Positions 31,564 to 41,780 are shown, numbered from the stretch's first letter. The stretch: 64,000 nucleotides of DNA from an uncultured delta proteobacterium (GCA_963785225.1 CAWAUQ010000009.1:115255-179254); one strand, 5' to 3'. A program made the numbers and translations. Notes: generated by a model from the sequence alone, not told the origin.

Positions 31564-31856
31564 CGGACGACCCCTTCAATGGCCCATTTCTTGCTGGAAG
31601 GATCAAGCTGGATCTGACTCTCAATTTCAGCGGTTGCTTCATCCAAGCGTATTTGTTTTTCCCGCCTGGCTTCTTCTACCGCATCCTCGATGATCTTCTC
31701 CGCCTCAATAAGCGCTTCCTGACGAGCCTGTTCGACAATATCATGTCCTTTTTTTTGAGCATCCGATAAAACACGGTCAGCTTCAGCCCTGGCCATTTCG
31801 ACTGCAAGCTTTGCTTCACTTTCTGTCGTGATAATCTTCTGGATTATCTCACGCAT
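31542..31856 (-). CDS. V/A-type ATP synthase small coiled-coil subunit (H/G-like)
   Basis: 104 aa, highly charged helical (ESEAKLAVEMARAEADRVLSDAQKKG...). First gene of the ATPase block. Confidence 0.5.
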   Translation of the reverse strand: MREIIQKIITTESEAKLAVEMARAEADRVLSDAQKKGHDIVEQARQEALIEAEKIIEDAVEEARREKQIRLDEATAEIESQIQLDPSSKKWAIEGVVRCVSKQA

Positions 31857-31889
31857 AGCAGAGCCTCCCTTATCAATGAGCTCCCGCTG

Positions 31890-32633
31890 TTACATTGAAC
31901 GACTAACGCTTGCCGCTTTTTTTACCTCGGTATCCAGTTTAAAGCGTCTGATCACTTCCTCGCCGATTAACTGTGCAGCTTCATCGTACTGAACCAGATC
32001 TGTATTAATAGTTATATGATAGAGCAATGGATCATCAATATCTTTATCGAAGTTATCCTTCACATAGCGCTTACGCGCTTTATCCTTTTTCTTGATATAG
32101 TTGATAGCAGACTTTCGATCAAGATTAAAAACCTTCTGCGCCTGTTCAACCCTTTTTTCAAAGGATCCTACCAGACGCACATGGAAAACATTGTCCAAGT
32201 CACTGGTGATGATGTTGCCCCCACGGCCCACCAGAATAACATTCCCCATTTGTGCAAGCCGTAATATCGTTGCATTTGTCTGCTCCACAAGCGTCCACGT
32301 TGAAGGATGTAAACCCAATAATTCCTCGATAGCATCTGTCAGCGTTCCCTTATGACCTTCCTTCATAAAATCGCCAACGTTCTTGTTGAGTTTGTTTTCC
32401 TCCAGGACTTCTGCTACAAGATGCTGAGAAAAAACGGTCCACAGGTCATGAGCAGCACTGCGCTGTTTCAAATACTCGGCTAGACTTGAAGCAACCGTTA
32501 GCCCGCCTGCCCCTTCTTCCCGTGAAATTGTTATTGCTGGTTTTTTTGCACACTCAGAAATCTCTTTGCCCTTCGAGCCAAAGTGGTTTTTAATGAAAGC
32601 CGCACATTTATCAGAACTTATATTCTGCCACAT
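31890..32633 (-). CDS. cytidylate-kinase-like family P-loop protein
   Basis: 247 aa. ITISREEGAGGLTVASSLAEYL resembles the Cytidylate_kin2 family N-terminus. Lies 33 nt upstream of the ATPase genes on the same strand. Confidence 0.55.
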   Translation of the reverse strand: MWQNISSDKCAAFIKNHFGSKGKEISECAKKPAITISREEGAGGLTVASSLAEYLKQRSAAHDLWTVFSQHLVAEVLEENKLNKNVGDFMKEGHKGTLTDAIEELLGLHPSTWTLVEQTNATILRLAQMGNVILVGRGGNIITSDLDNVFHVRLVGSFEKRVEQAQKVFNLDRKSAINYIKKKDKARKRYVKDNFDKDIDDPLLYHITINTDLVQYDEAAQLIGEEVIRRFKLDTEVKKAASVSRSM

Positions 32634-32865
32634 GTCTCGATCCTCCTATTGTTTCAGTGCTTACAGCAACCTACCCCTTGCAAGCTCACTCCCGAACAGG
32701 TATTACGAGTACAACATTTTGGTTATGTGCCGACCAAATCCCTCTGTACTAACATATTTTACTTACATCCGTGTCTGTTCCGTATCACCTCCTAAGTCAT
32801 ATAGTTTTACAGACTAAATCTTACTGGTTCATTTCTGTATTACCACAATTTTTATTGCTAATTTA

Positions 32866-32894
32866 CGTATAGCCCACAATTATGTTTTTGTCAA
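32866..32894 (-). promoter_or_regulatory. candidate sigma70 promoter upstream of the cytidylate-kinase-like / V-ATPase block
   Basis: Minus strand: TTGACA (32894..32889), 17-nt spacer, TATACG (32871..32866). A second TTGACA copy lies 13 nt upstream (32907..32902). Confidence 0.25.
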
Positions 32895-33110
32895 CATCAT
32901 CTGTCAACAAATTTCTTTGAAACAAAAGGAAATACAAAAATGAGCTGAAAAGTAAGACTGATAAGGCAAATACAGCCTTCTTTACAAAGGACAGGGGGTT
33001 TGGAGAAAAAAGCATAAACCCATGCAAGATAAAATATGCAGGACAGAAAAAACAACGAAATTGTCAGTTCTCATCTTTAATGAGTCTTCAACCTGAGACG
33101 CGGGGAATCG

Positions 33111-34481
33111 TTACATGAATATTTTCCCCGGATTGAGGATATTATTGGGGTCAAAGAGTTTTTTAATGGCTTTCAGAGTCTCAAGAACTTCCGGCGAGAG
33201 CTCCATTAAAAGGTATGGCGCCTTTGATATCCCAATACCATGTTCACCTGACAGGGTCCCTCCAAGGCGGATTGCCTCTGCAAAAATTTCTTTTACGGCT
33301 TCTTCCGCTTTTGCCCTTTCTTCCAATGTATCCTTGATCATGATATTCACATGAAAGTTTCCATCTCCGGCATGGCCGAAACTCAGAATAGGAATACCAA
33401 ATTTTTGCCCCATTGCTTCCAGGGCATGGATCAGCGTCGGTATGTGTGAACGGGGCACAACAACATCCTCAGCAATCTTTACGGGGTTAACCGTGTAGAG
33501 AGCCTGAGAAAGAGCCCGACGGGCCTGCCAGAGTTTATCCGCCTCTTTCGGGTCCTGCGTCACGTTACACTGAATCGCCTTTTTTGCATTGACAATACTT
33601 CTTATCTTCTCGACCTGCGGCACGATAGACGCGCTGTCACCATCCACTTCTATGAGAAGCAGACCCCCTATCCCTTCGGGAAGACCCATAGGGGATGCCT
33701 TTTCGCTGCACTGGATTGATGCCTTATCCATAAACTCAATTGTTGAAGGAACGACTTTTGCGGCAATAATCGCTGAAACCGCTTCAGCAGCCTCTTCTAC
33801 CTCCTGAAAAAGGGCAAGGATCGTCGCTTTTGTCTCGGGCAATGGTATCAGTTTCAGGATAATCTTTGTGATAACTCCCAGCGTCCCTTCGCTTCCCACA
33901 AAAAGACGGGCAATATCATAACCGACAACACCCTTCATGGTCCTCACACCGGTATTGAGGATTTCGCCGGTAGGTTTCACCACTTCAACACCAAGGACAT
34001 AATCACGGGTAACACCATATTTGAGGGAATTGGGACCACCTGCACATTCCGCCACATTTCCACCAATACTGGAGTATTTATATGATGCCGGATCAGGCGG
34101 ATAAAAGAGACCATATTTTGCCGCTTCCTGTTGAAGATCGAAGTTAATAACCCCGGGTTCAACAACAGCAATGAGATTTTTCGTGTCAATCTCCAGGATA
34201 TGGTTCATCTTCGAAAAAACGAGGACAACACCGCCTGAGAGCGGAATGGAGCCTCCGGTAAGACCTGTACCCTGCCCTCTCGGAATTACGGGAAAGAGGT
34301 ATCGGTTTGCGAGCTTCAGTATCACTGACACATCTTCAGCAGATGATGGGAACACCACAAGATCAGGAATAACACCATCTGTTCTTGCATCATAGGCATA
34401 GCATTGTCTATCCTCAGGAGAAGTCAGGACCTTTTCTTTTCCGACAATCCCTATAATTTCATCAATGATCTTTTTTTCCAT
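33111..34481 (-). CDS. glcD: FAD-binding oxidoreductase, glycolate oxidase GlcD / D-lactate dehydrogenase family
   Basis: 456 aa. FAD_binding_4 motifs (VIPRGQGTGLTGGSIP, ...GGNVAECAGGP) and C-terminal GGTLSGEHGIGISK. Confidence 0.85.
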   Translation of the reverse strand: MEKKIIDEIIGIVGKEKVLTSPEDRQCYAYDARTDGVIPDLVVFPSSAEDVSVILKLANRYLFPVIPRGQGTGLTGGSIPLSGGVVLVFSKMNHILEIDTKNLIAVVEPGVINFDLQQEAAKYGLFYPPDPASYKYSSIGGNVAECAGGPNSLKYGVTRDYVLGVEVVKPTGEILNTGVRTMKGVVGYDIARLFVGSEGTLGVITKIILKLIPLPETKATILALFQEVEEAAEAVSAIIAAKVVPSTIEFMDKASIQCSEKASPMGLPEGIGGLLLIEVDGDSASIVPQVEKIRSIVNAKKAIQCNVTQDPKEADKLWQARRALSQALYTVNPVKIAEDVVVPRSHIPTLIHALEAMGQKFGIPILSFGHAGDGNFHVNIMIKDTLEERAKAEEAVKEIFAEAIRLGGTLSGEHGIGISKAPYLLMELSPEVLETLKAIKKLFDPNNILNPGKIFM

Positions 34482-34586
34482 TACGTCCTCTTTAGTTATG
34501 TACTTCTCTATATAGTTGGTAATAATACCATATTTCGGGCCTTTCTTCCTATCATATTACTCCGGCAACAAAAGAACTGAATTTCC

Positions 34587-34702
34587 GTCATTCCGGCGAA
34601 TACCCTGAAGGGCACGCGAGCCGGTAGAGCAAAGGAGCTTTAATCCCGCGCAGGCGGGACATCCACTGAGAAGACTGGATGCCTGATCAAGTCCGGCATG
34701 AC
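34587..34702. repeat. REP/MITE-like palindromic intergenic element
   Basis: Imperfect terminal inverted repeats GTCATTCCGG (34587..) and CCGGCATGAC (..34702). Internal hairpin CCCGC-GCAG-GCGGG at 34645..34658. A related hairpin (GGGAATCACAC...GTGTGATCGCCC) sits at 50341..50392. Confidence 0.3.
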
Positions 34703-34887
34703 AAACTTTAAGGTCTTTACTTGCCGGTGTAATAGAAACATTTTTTAATGGAAGGTGCGCCCTGCTGTGACAATTTATTTAAAATCAGTTTAAAATATTT
34801 TCAATAGTTTACAACAAATTTTTCCATGAAAAGGTTAATTTTGATATACTATACAATCCTGACAATTTTTATTACCAGATTAATGAT

Positions 34888-36483
34888 ATGATTAATAGAG
34901 AAAGAAAACATATATGGGGCGCTCTGAAAGTGCCATTCTTCAGGATTCTCTGGGCAGCAAACGTGGTATCCCTCATCGGTACCTGGATGCATGAAGTAGG
35001 CGTCTCGTGGCTCATGACATCGATGACCCTGGCCCCTCTCATTGTTGCTCTTGTTCAGACATCGATGGTCTTTCCCTTCTTCCTCCTTTCTCTTCCGGCA
35101 GGGGCCCTCGCTGACATAATCGACCGCAGAAGACTCCTTATTGCCGCTCAACTTCTCATGTTGGCCGCTGCAACAGGATTGGGTATTGTCACGCTTCTCG
35201 GGAGCATCACGCCTGTCGCTCTTCTCCTCTTTACCTTTGTCCTCGGTCTCGGGGCGGCAGTGAACGCGCCTGCATGGCAGGCCATCATGCCTGAGCTTAT
35301 TCCCCGTGAGGACCTCCCTTCTGCAATCACTCTGGGCTCTGTAGCATTCAATATCGCCCGCGTTATAGGCCCTGTGCTGGGAGGCATTGTGATCGGGATC
35401 GTCGGCCCCGGGACTACGTTCCTTCTTAATGCTCTCTCTTTTTCAGGTGTTCTCCTTGCCCTTTTCTTATGGAAACGGCAATCAACAGAACAAACACTTC
35501 CTGCGGAACGTCTCATGGGCGCTATCAAAACAGGTATCAGGTATACCCGCAACGCCCCTCAGGTACGGGCCATTCTCATCCACATCGGTGTTTTCAGTTT
35601 CTTCGGCAGTTCCCTCTGGGCATTTCTCCCTATCATTGCACGGTCCCGATTGGGGCTTAACCCTTCAGGTTACGGGATCCTCTTCGGTTTTTTCGGATTG
35701 GGCGGACTCATCGGCGCGGCGCTCTTGCCCAGAGTAAGTCATATATCTTCAATGAACAAGCTCGTTGCAATGTCAACGGCATTTTTTGGACTTACCATAG
35801 CCACACTTGCCTTTTCGGGTAATTACATCCTGATTGCCACAGCCCTTTTTATCGGTGGCGTTGCATGGCTTATCCTCATATCCACCTTCAATATATCACT
35901 CCAGTCAATAATCCCTTCCTGGGTGCGGGGACGGGTACTCTCCGTTTTTATGCTTGTCTTTTTCGGCGCCATGGCAGGGGGAAGCGCCCTCTGGGGACTC
36001 ATTGCTTCATGGTGGGGCATTCCAATCACCCTTGCCATCACATCGGTCGCAATGGTTGCGGCTATAATCCTTACCAGACAGTATAGGCTCGTAAGCGGCG
36101 ACAACCTTGATCTCACGCCGGTTCAACGGTGGCCGCAAGTTATCGGAAAAATTGAACCGGCCATGGAAGAAGGTCCTGTCCTTGTTGTCATCGAATATCA
36201 TATTGATCCGGGGCAATCAAAAGCATTTATGGAGGCCATGCGCCCTTTAAAAACAATCCGCATGCGCGATGGCGCTTTCAAGTGGAACCTCTTTCGGGAC
36301 GCTACGAACCCCGATCATTATATAGAATCCTTTATCGTCGAATCATGGGCAGAGCATTTAAGACAGCATGAGCGTTTCACCGTCTCCGACAAGGAAGCAT
36401 ATAACCGTGTGCGTTCTTTTCATGCCGGCGAGCCGATCAGCGCTCTTCATTTCATCGCAGAACCCATTCGCAGGGAAAAATAG
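34888..36483 (+). CDS. MFS transporter (MFS_3/EntS-like) with ~100-aa soluble C-terminal domain
   Basis: 531 aa, about 12 TM, with N-terminus FRILWAANVVSLIGTWMHEVGVSWLM. The C-terminal PVLVVIEYHIDPGQSKAFMEAM... looks like an ABM/Dabb-type alpha+beta domain. Confidence 0.8.
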   Translation: MINRERKHIWGALKVPFFRILWAANVVSLIGTWMHEVGVSWLMTSMTLAPLIVALVQTSMVFPFFLLSLPAGALADIIDRRRLLIAAQLLMLAAATGLGIVTLLGSITPVALLLFTFVLGLGAAVNAPAWQAIMPELIPREDLPSAITLGSVAFNIARVIGPVLGGIVIGIVGPGTTFLLNALSFSGVLLALFLWKRQSTEQTLPAERLMGAIKTGIRYTRNAPQVRAILIHIGVFSFFGSSLWAFLPIIARSRLGLNPSGYGILFGFFGLGGLIGAALLPRVSHISSMNKLVAMSTAFFGLTIATLAFSGNYILIATALFIGGVAWLILISTFNISLQSIIPSWVRGRVLSVFMLVFFGAMAGGSALWGLIASWWGIPITLAITSVAMVAAIILTRQYRLVSGDNLDLTPVQRWPQVIGKIEPAMEEGPVLVVIEYHIDPGQSKAFMEAMRPLKTIRMRDGAFKWNLFRDATNPDHYIESFIVESWAEHLRQHERFTVSDKEAYNRVRSFHAGEPISALHFIAEPIRREK

Positions 36484-36489
36484 AGCAGG

Positions 36490-38160
36490 TTACTCTGCGT
36501 CGGTTTTGAAAATGGCGCCCGTTGCCGCTGAGGTAACCATCTTTGCATAGCGCGCCATATACCCTTCGGTGATATTCGGTTTTGGCCGCTTCCAGGCCTT
36601 TTTGCGTTTTTCCATTTCGGCCCTGCTCACTTTTAAATCAATAGTCTTCTTATTGAGATCTATTTCAATTATGTCACCATTCTTCACCAATGCGATAGGG
36701 CCGCCTTCGGCTGCCTCCGGTGATACGTGGCCTACACAAAGACCACGGGTGCCGCCGGAAAAGCGTCCATCTGTAATGAGAGCGCAGGCCGCGTCAAGCC
36801 CCCTGCCTGCCAGGATGCTCGTGGGCGTCAGCATTTCGCGCATACCTGGCCCGCCCTTGGGTCCTTCATAACGGATAATGACCGCATCTCCTGCCCATAT
36901 ACTGCCATCCATGATAGCCCTACCTGCTTCTTCTTCGCTGTTAAAACACTTTGCTTTTCCTTCAAAATGCCAGATGCTCTCTGATACGCCAATACGTTTG
37001 ACAATAGATCCCTGCGGGGCAAGACTTCCCGTAAGAACAGCAAGACCGCCCTTTTCATGGTATGGCTTGCTGACAGGATGAATAACCTCATTGTCGGCAA
37101 CTGCCGCATTCTTCAAAAGATCGCTTATTTTACTACCCGTAACGGTCATACATTTTGTATTGATAAGCTTTTTCTTCGTAAGCTCCTTCATAATGGCATA
37201 GACACCACCTGCCTCATTTAAATCTTCAAGATGATGGGGACCGGCAGGACTCATGTTGCAGATATGAGGCACCCTCTCGGATATCTCGTCGAATAGCGTA
37301 AGGGGCAACTTCATTCCACCTTCATGGGCAATAGCAGGCAAATGCAGCGCCGTATTAGAAGAACCTCCGAATGCCATATCGACAGTAATAGCATTCTTGA
37401 ATGCGTCGATAGTCATGATGTCCCGGGGTTTGATGTTCCTTTTAACAAGCTCGATAATGCTCTTCCCTGCTATTTTGGCAAGACGTATCCTCTCACCATG
37501 AACAGCAGGAATGGTGCCGTTACCGGGAAGTCCGATCCCCAAAGCTTCAGAAAGGCAATTCATGGAATTGGCCGTGAACATGCCGCTGCAGGACCCGGCG
37601 CCGGGACAGGCGCACTGTTCAAGTTGAGCAAGTTCTTTCTCATCCATAAGCCCCCCGGATACCTTCCCCACACCTTCAAAAACGGAAATAAGGTCTACAG
37701 CTTTTCCTTTGTAGCGGCCCGCCAGCATGGGACCACCGCTTATCATGATGGCCGGAATATTAAGACGCATGGCAGCCATCATCATACCCGGTATAATCTT
37801 GTCACAATTGGGAATGAGGACCAGTCCGTCAAAGGGATAGGCCTTTGCCATGACTTCAACAGAATCACAGACGAGTTCCCGTGATCCGAGAGAGTATTTC
37901 ATCCCCTCATGGTTCATGGCAATACCATCACAGATACCGATGGTAGAAAATTCCATCGGCGTTCCGCCTGCCATCCTGATACCGTCTTTCACTGCCTGCG
38001 CAATTTTACCAAGATGGATATGGCCCGGTATGACCTCATTTGCCGAGCTTGCCACACCTATGATAGGCCGTTCCAGTTCTTCACCGAGATATCCCATGGC
38101 GTTAAAAAGGCTCCTGTGCGGCGCCCTGTCAATCCCCTTTTTCATTCTGTCCGACCTCAT
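36490..38160 (-). CDS. ilvD: dihydroxy-acid dehydratase
   Basis: [19 protein letters not shown] start, [12 protein letters not shown] and [20 protein letters not shown]. Start set at 38160, 5 nt after GGAGG. The ORF track extends to 38193. Confidence 0.9.
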   Translation of the reverse strand: MRSDRMKKGIDRAPHRSLFNAMGYLGEELERPIIGVASSANEVIPGHIHLGKIAQAVKDGIRMAGGTPMEFSTIGICDGIAMNHEGMKYSLGSRELVCDSVEVMAKAYPFDGLVLIPNCDKIIPGMMMAAMRLNIPAIMISGGPMLAGRYKGKAVDLISVFEGVGKVSGGLMDEKELAQLEQCACPGAGSCSGMFTANSMNCLSEALGIGLPGNGTIPAVHGERIRLAKIAGKSIIELVKRNIKPRDIMTIDAFKNAITVDMAFGGSSNTALHLPAIAHEGGMKLPLTLFDEISERVPHICNMSPAGPHHLEDLNEAGGVYAIMKELTKKKLINTKCMTVTGSKISDLLKNAAVADNEVIHPVSKPYHEKGGLAVLTGSLAPQGSIVKRIGVSESIWHFEGKAKCFNSEEEAGRAIMDGSIWAGDAVIIRYEGPKGGPGMREMLTPTSILAGRGLDAACALITDGRFSGGTRGLCVGHVSPEAAEGGPIALVKNGDIIEIDLNKKTIDLKVSRAEMEKRKKAWKRPKPNITEGYMARYAKMVTSAATGAIFKTDAE

Positions 38161-38321
38161 AGTCCCTCCTGAAATAATTTCCTTCTTAATCAAAAATTAA
38201 CAATTTATTGCTAATATAGAGAAGACTATTATACACAGCTTTGCTTTTCAAGGAAATATTGAACATTGAATACTGAAAAAAACAACTTTGCAAAGAGCAC
38301 ACAATAGGGTAATCTCAGATT

Positions 38322-39005
38322 ATGGGCAATTATATAGCTGTTATTGACGACGAACCTGATATTCTCGAATTGGTTTCTCTCAATCTCAAAAAATCCGGCT
38401 TCCGGGTCAAAGAATTCAGTGAAGTTGAACCTTTCTATCGTTCTCTCAGAACAGAAACACCTGATCTTATCATCCTCGATCTCATGATGCCCGATGTAGA
38501 TGGCTTTGAAGTCTGTAAATATCTGAAGAGCCATGAAACCTCCTCTTCGATACCCATCATCATGCTTACGGCAAAGACCGAAGAAACCGACAAGGTCCTT
38601 GGCCTCGAACTTGGCGCCGATGACTATGTGACAAAACCATTTTCACCCCGTGAACTTGTTGCCCGCGTGAAGGCTGTTCTCAGACGTCAAGGCAGAATAG
38701 AACCAGAAACAAAGAAGCTCATTATTCATGACACATTAACCATAGACCTTGAAAAGTATGAAGTCGAAGTAGAGGGTAAAAAGATCGACCTGACGCCAAC
38801 TGAGTTCCGTATATTACAGTTCCTTGCAACAAAAAAAGGAAGGATTCAATCAAGGGACCAGATCCTCAGTTTTCTCTGGGGAGAGGAAAAATATGTTATT
38901 GACAGGACCATTGATGTCCATATCAGGCACCTTCGGGAAAAATTAGGAAATGCCGCGACCGTCATCAAAAACATACGGAGTCTGGGGTATAAGGTAGAAG
39001 AATAG
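38322..39005 (+). CDS. phoB: OmpR/PhoB-family response regulator
   Basis: 227 aa. REC (VIDDEPDI...LIILDLMMPDVDG...TAK) plus winged-helix (LTPTEFRILQFLA...DVHIRHLREKL). Symbol assigned from context, next to a PhoR-like kinase and pst genes. Confidence 0.8.
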   Translation: MGNYIAVIDDEPDILELVSLNLKKSGFRVKEFSEVEPFYRSLRTETPDLIILDLMMPDVDGFEVCKYLKSHETSSSIPIIMLTAKTEETDKVLGLELGADDYVTKPFSPRELVARVKAVLRRQGRIEPETKKLIIHDTLTIDLEKYEVEVEGKKIDLTPTEFRILQFLATKKGRIQSRDQILSFLWGEEKYVIDRTIDVHIRHLREKLGNAATVIKNIRSLGYKVEE

Positions 39006-39086
39006 GCTATAGGTTATAGGTAAGAGGTGATATATGACAAGGAATGAAACGGACACTGAGAAATTGAAAAAGCCCTTCACTAATGA

Positions 39087-40819
39087 ATGATGAAAAAAAC
39101 AATATTTTTTAAAATCTTCGTTGGATATTTACTCCTTACAACTGCCCTCTGCGGTCTCATCATTGTCTTCTCCTTTTATATCATACGCAATTCTCAGATG
39201 AATATGAAGGCAGAGGACATGGCAGACCTTGCAATAGCCCTCAAAGGTGAAATTACCCCCTTCGTTGAATCGAAAAACTTTAAAAGGTTAGAGGACTTCA
39301 CAAAACAATTAGGAAGGGAAATCCATACTCGCATTACCGTTATAGCTCCTGATGGGACTGTGCTTGCCGATTCGGAAGAAGATCCCGTCAAAAATGGAAA
39401 ATCATCGGACAAGGACTGAGATCGCTCAGGCCATGGATGGAAATACCGGTAAGTTCCTCCGTCTCAGCGATACGCTGAAACAAGAGATGCTCTACATTGC
39501 AATCCCCGTGGTAAAAGACAACAAGATCATATATGTCCTGCGAGTAAGCAGGTTACTTAAGGCAATAACCGCCACAACAAATCAACTCGTGGAAAAGATC
39601 CTCATTATTGCCCTTGTCATTAGCGCGATTGCTCTCGTTTTTGCTTTTCTGTTTTCCCGAAGTATCTCGCGACCTGTCAGAGAATTACGTGTCGCCCTTC
39701 ACAAAGTAACGGGGCATAATTTTAACATAAGGGTCTTTTTAAAACGTAATGACGAACTGAAAGACCTTGCCGATAGTTTCAATTACATGATCGCCGGAAT
39801 GGAAGAGCTTTTTGGAGAACTCTCACGTCAGAAAGAAGAACTTGACAGTATCATATCCTCACTCCAGGAAGGTATCCTGGTCCTTGATAAGGAAGAGAGG
39901 GTGCTTATCGCCAACAAAAGCCTTCAAATCATTGCCAATAAAACCCTTGATGAAGGCAGGCTTTACTGGGAAGTATTGCGGGAACCGAAATTAAATGAAC
40001 TCGTTAAAAGAGTGAGGAATACCCGGCGCAATTCGACAGAAGAGATTGAATTGAATGATCAGGTATTCTTATGCAGCGCAACATTTCTCAGTTACAAAGA
40101 AGAAGTTACTATTGTTTTCAATGATATAACAGTAATGAAAAAACTGGAAAAAATGAAGACAGATTTTGTGCTTAACGTATCTCATGAATTGAGAACACCT
40201 CTTACATCAATCAAGGGGTTCATTGAAACCATCGAAACGGGTACGCTGAGCGATGAGAACCGGCACTACATGGAAATTATAAAGAGAAATACTGACAGAC
40301 TGGCCAATATTGTTAATGACCTCCTTTCTCTCTCCGAATTGGAAGGAGATGGGTTAAAGCTCCAGTTAGAAACAGTCAATCTCAAAGAACTTATTGAGCG
40401 TGTCTGTAAGGATCTTTGAACAACAGCTCAAAGAAAAAGGGTTTTTTATTAACCTGTCTGCTGGTCCTGACCTGCCGACAGTGCAAGGAGATCCTTTCAA
40501 ACTGGAACAGATTTTTATAAACCTTATCGATAATGCGATGAAGTATACTGAAAAAGGCGGTATCACAATAGCAATCACCTATGAGGACAAGAAAATTGTT
40601 GTCACAGTCCAGGATACCGGAGTAGGCATTCCACCTGAGCACCTCTCGCGTATTTTCGAGAGATTCTACGTCGTAGATAAATCGAGATCAAAAAAGCTTG
40701 GTGGCACCGGTCTCGGCCTCTCTATCGTCAAACATATTATTCTCCTCCACAATGGCACTATCACCGCTCAGAGCATACCGGGCCAGGGAACAACCTTTAT
40801 TGTCACTTTTCCGGCCTAA
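39087..40819 (+). pseudogene. phoR: PhoR-like sensor histidine kinase (TM-HAMP-PAS-HisKA-HATPase), two frame breaks
   Basis: Three consecutive ORFs: 39087..39419, 39352..40419 and 40394..40819. Junctions reconstruct as ...ADSEEDP/SKMENHRTRTEIAQA (extra nt near 39387) and ...ELIERV/SVRIFEQQ (near 40405). HisKA is SHELRTPLTSIKGF; HATPase is GTGLGLSIVKHII. Confidence 0.8.
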
Positions 40820-41027
40820 TTCCATTCCTAAATCAGAGATGATATTGAGGCGGCAAGGAGGAGGAAACCGGAGCGTACAATATGTACGTGAGGATTTGCG
40901 ACGACGCTGTCAACAAAGATAGCGCCTCGATTTAGAAATGGAATACGATATTTGATGTAAAAGAGAATAAAAGATACTTTTATATCTTTATGATATACTA
41001 TAAACATGCACAATAAAGGAGAATAAA

Positions 41028-41300
41028 ATGGCTGATAAAAATACGAAAAAACGAGTAACCTTTAAGTTTTACAATCCCGAAGCCCGAGAAGTTATGCTCG
41101 CCGGTTCCTTTAATGCATGGAACCCAGCCGCAAGGCCCTTAAAAAAAGATGCAAAGGGTATCTGGAAAACAAGCATGATGCTTCCAAATGGGGAGTACGA
41201 ATACCGGTTTATCGTTGATGGTGAATGGATGGCCGACCCCGATTGCGTTGAAAAACGGATGAATGAATTCGGAAGCCATAATTCGGTCATAGTGATATAG
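41028..41300 (+). CDS. stand-alone glycogen-binding (CBM48 / AMPK-beta GBD-like) domain protein
   Basis: 90 aa. VTFKFYNPEAREVMLAGSFNAWNP...GEYEYRFIVDGEWMADP is the classic CBM48 pattern. Confidence 0.6.
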   Translation: MADKNTKKRVTFKFYNPEAREVMLAGSFNAWNPAARPLKKDAKGIWKTSMMLPNGEYEYRFIVDGEWMADPDCVEKRMNEFGSHNSVIVI

Positions 41301-41618
41301 TAAATCTCCGGCATCTGTACTGTAACGGCTGAGTTACCTGATTGTGGCCCTTCATGGGTCTACCAAGCGATGCCACAACTCCTTGTATACCGTATTACCA
41401 AAACATTTTCTCACAAGTAAAAGTCCTTCGCTGTTGCTCCATATCTCCTTTAATCAAAAAGTTAAGGCACCCGTTCTGCCGTTTTCTTTGAAGGAACAAA
41501 CAGCGTTATATTTCAAACTGGGCGGGCTTTGGCATACAACTCCTTGACGGATCGAGAAAGAGGTAGAATTTCGCGGCTGCTGGAAAACAACAGTCATCTG
41601 CTCCAGGTGCATTGATTG

Positions 41619-41753
41619 TTAATTATCGGTTAACCTGTCCTATAGACAAAACATAGACCATGCTTACATTTCAACTGAGAGGATAATAAAAATTAACCGT
41701 TTCTTAACAATTCCAACACATGAAGGTTAACACTTACGGTCTAATATTAAACA
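41619..41753 (+). promoter_or_regulatory. candidate Pho-box array and -10 upstream of pstS
   Basis: TTAAYA-like hexamers with about 11-bp phasing: TTAATT 41619, TTAACC 41630, TTAACC 41693, TTAACA 41704, (AACACA 41715), TTAACA 41727, TAAACA 41748. Possible -10 TAATAT at 41742..41747. GGAGG RBS at 41771. Confidence 0.35.
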
Positions 41754-41780
41754 CAGATGTTAATAATAAAGGAGGCAATT

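Noticed and set aside
23190-31769. Many 60-125-aa ORFs on the plus strand and in alternative minus frames within the V-ATPase operon (e.g. 24780..25151, 26144..26479, 28003..28326)
   Set aside because: The higher GC of this block suppresses stop codons in non-coding frames. All of these ORFs overlap strongly supported subunit genes and have Arg/Pro/Ser-rich shadow composition.
37324-37884. 186-aa plus-strand ORF
   Set aside because: It is antisense to ilvD, with no independent support.
41368-41545. Direct repeat GCCACAACTCCTTG / GCATACAACTCCTTG about 155 nt apart in the long non-coding stretch after the CBM48 gene, and a TGGCAT that could hint at a sigma54 promoter
   Set aside because: There are only two imperfect copies. 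The -12 GC element is absent at the required spacing, and no conserved ORF or RNA fold was evident by eye. Support is insufficient.
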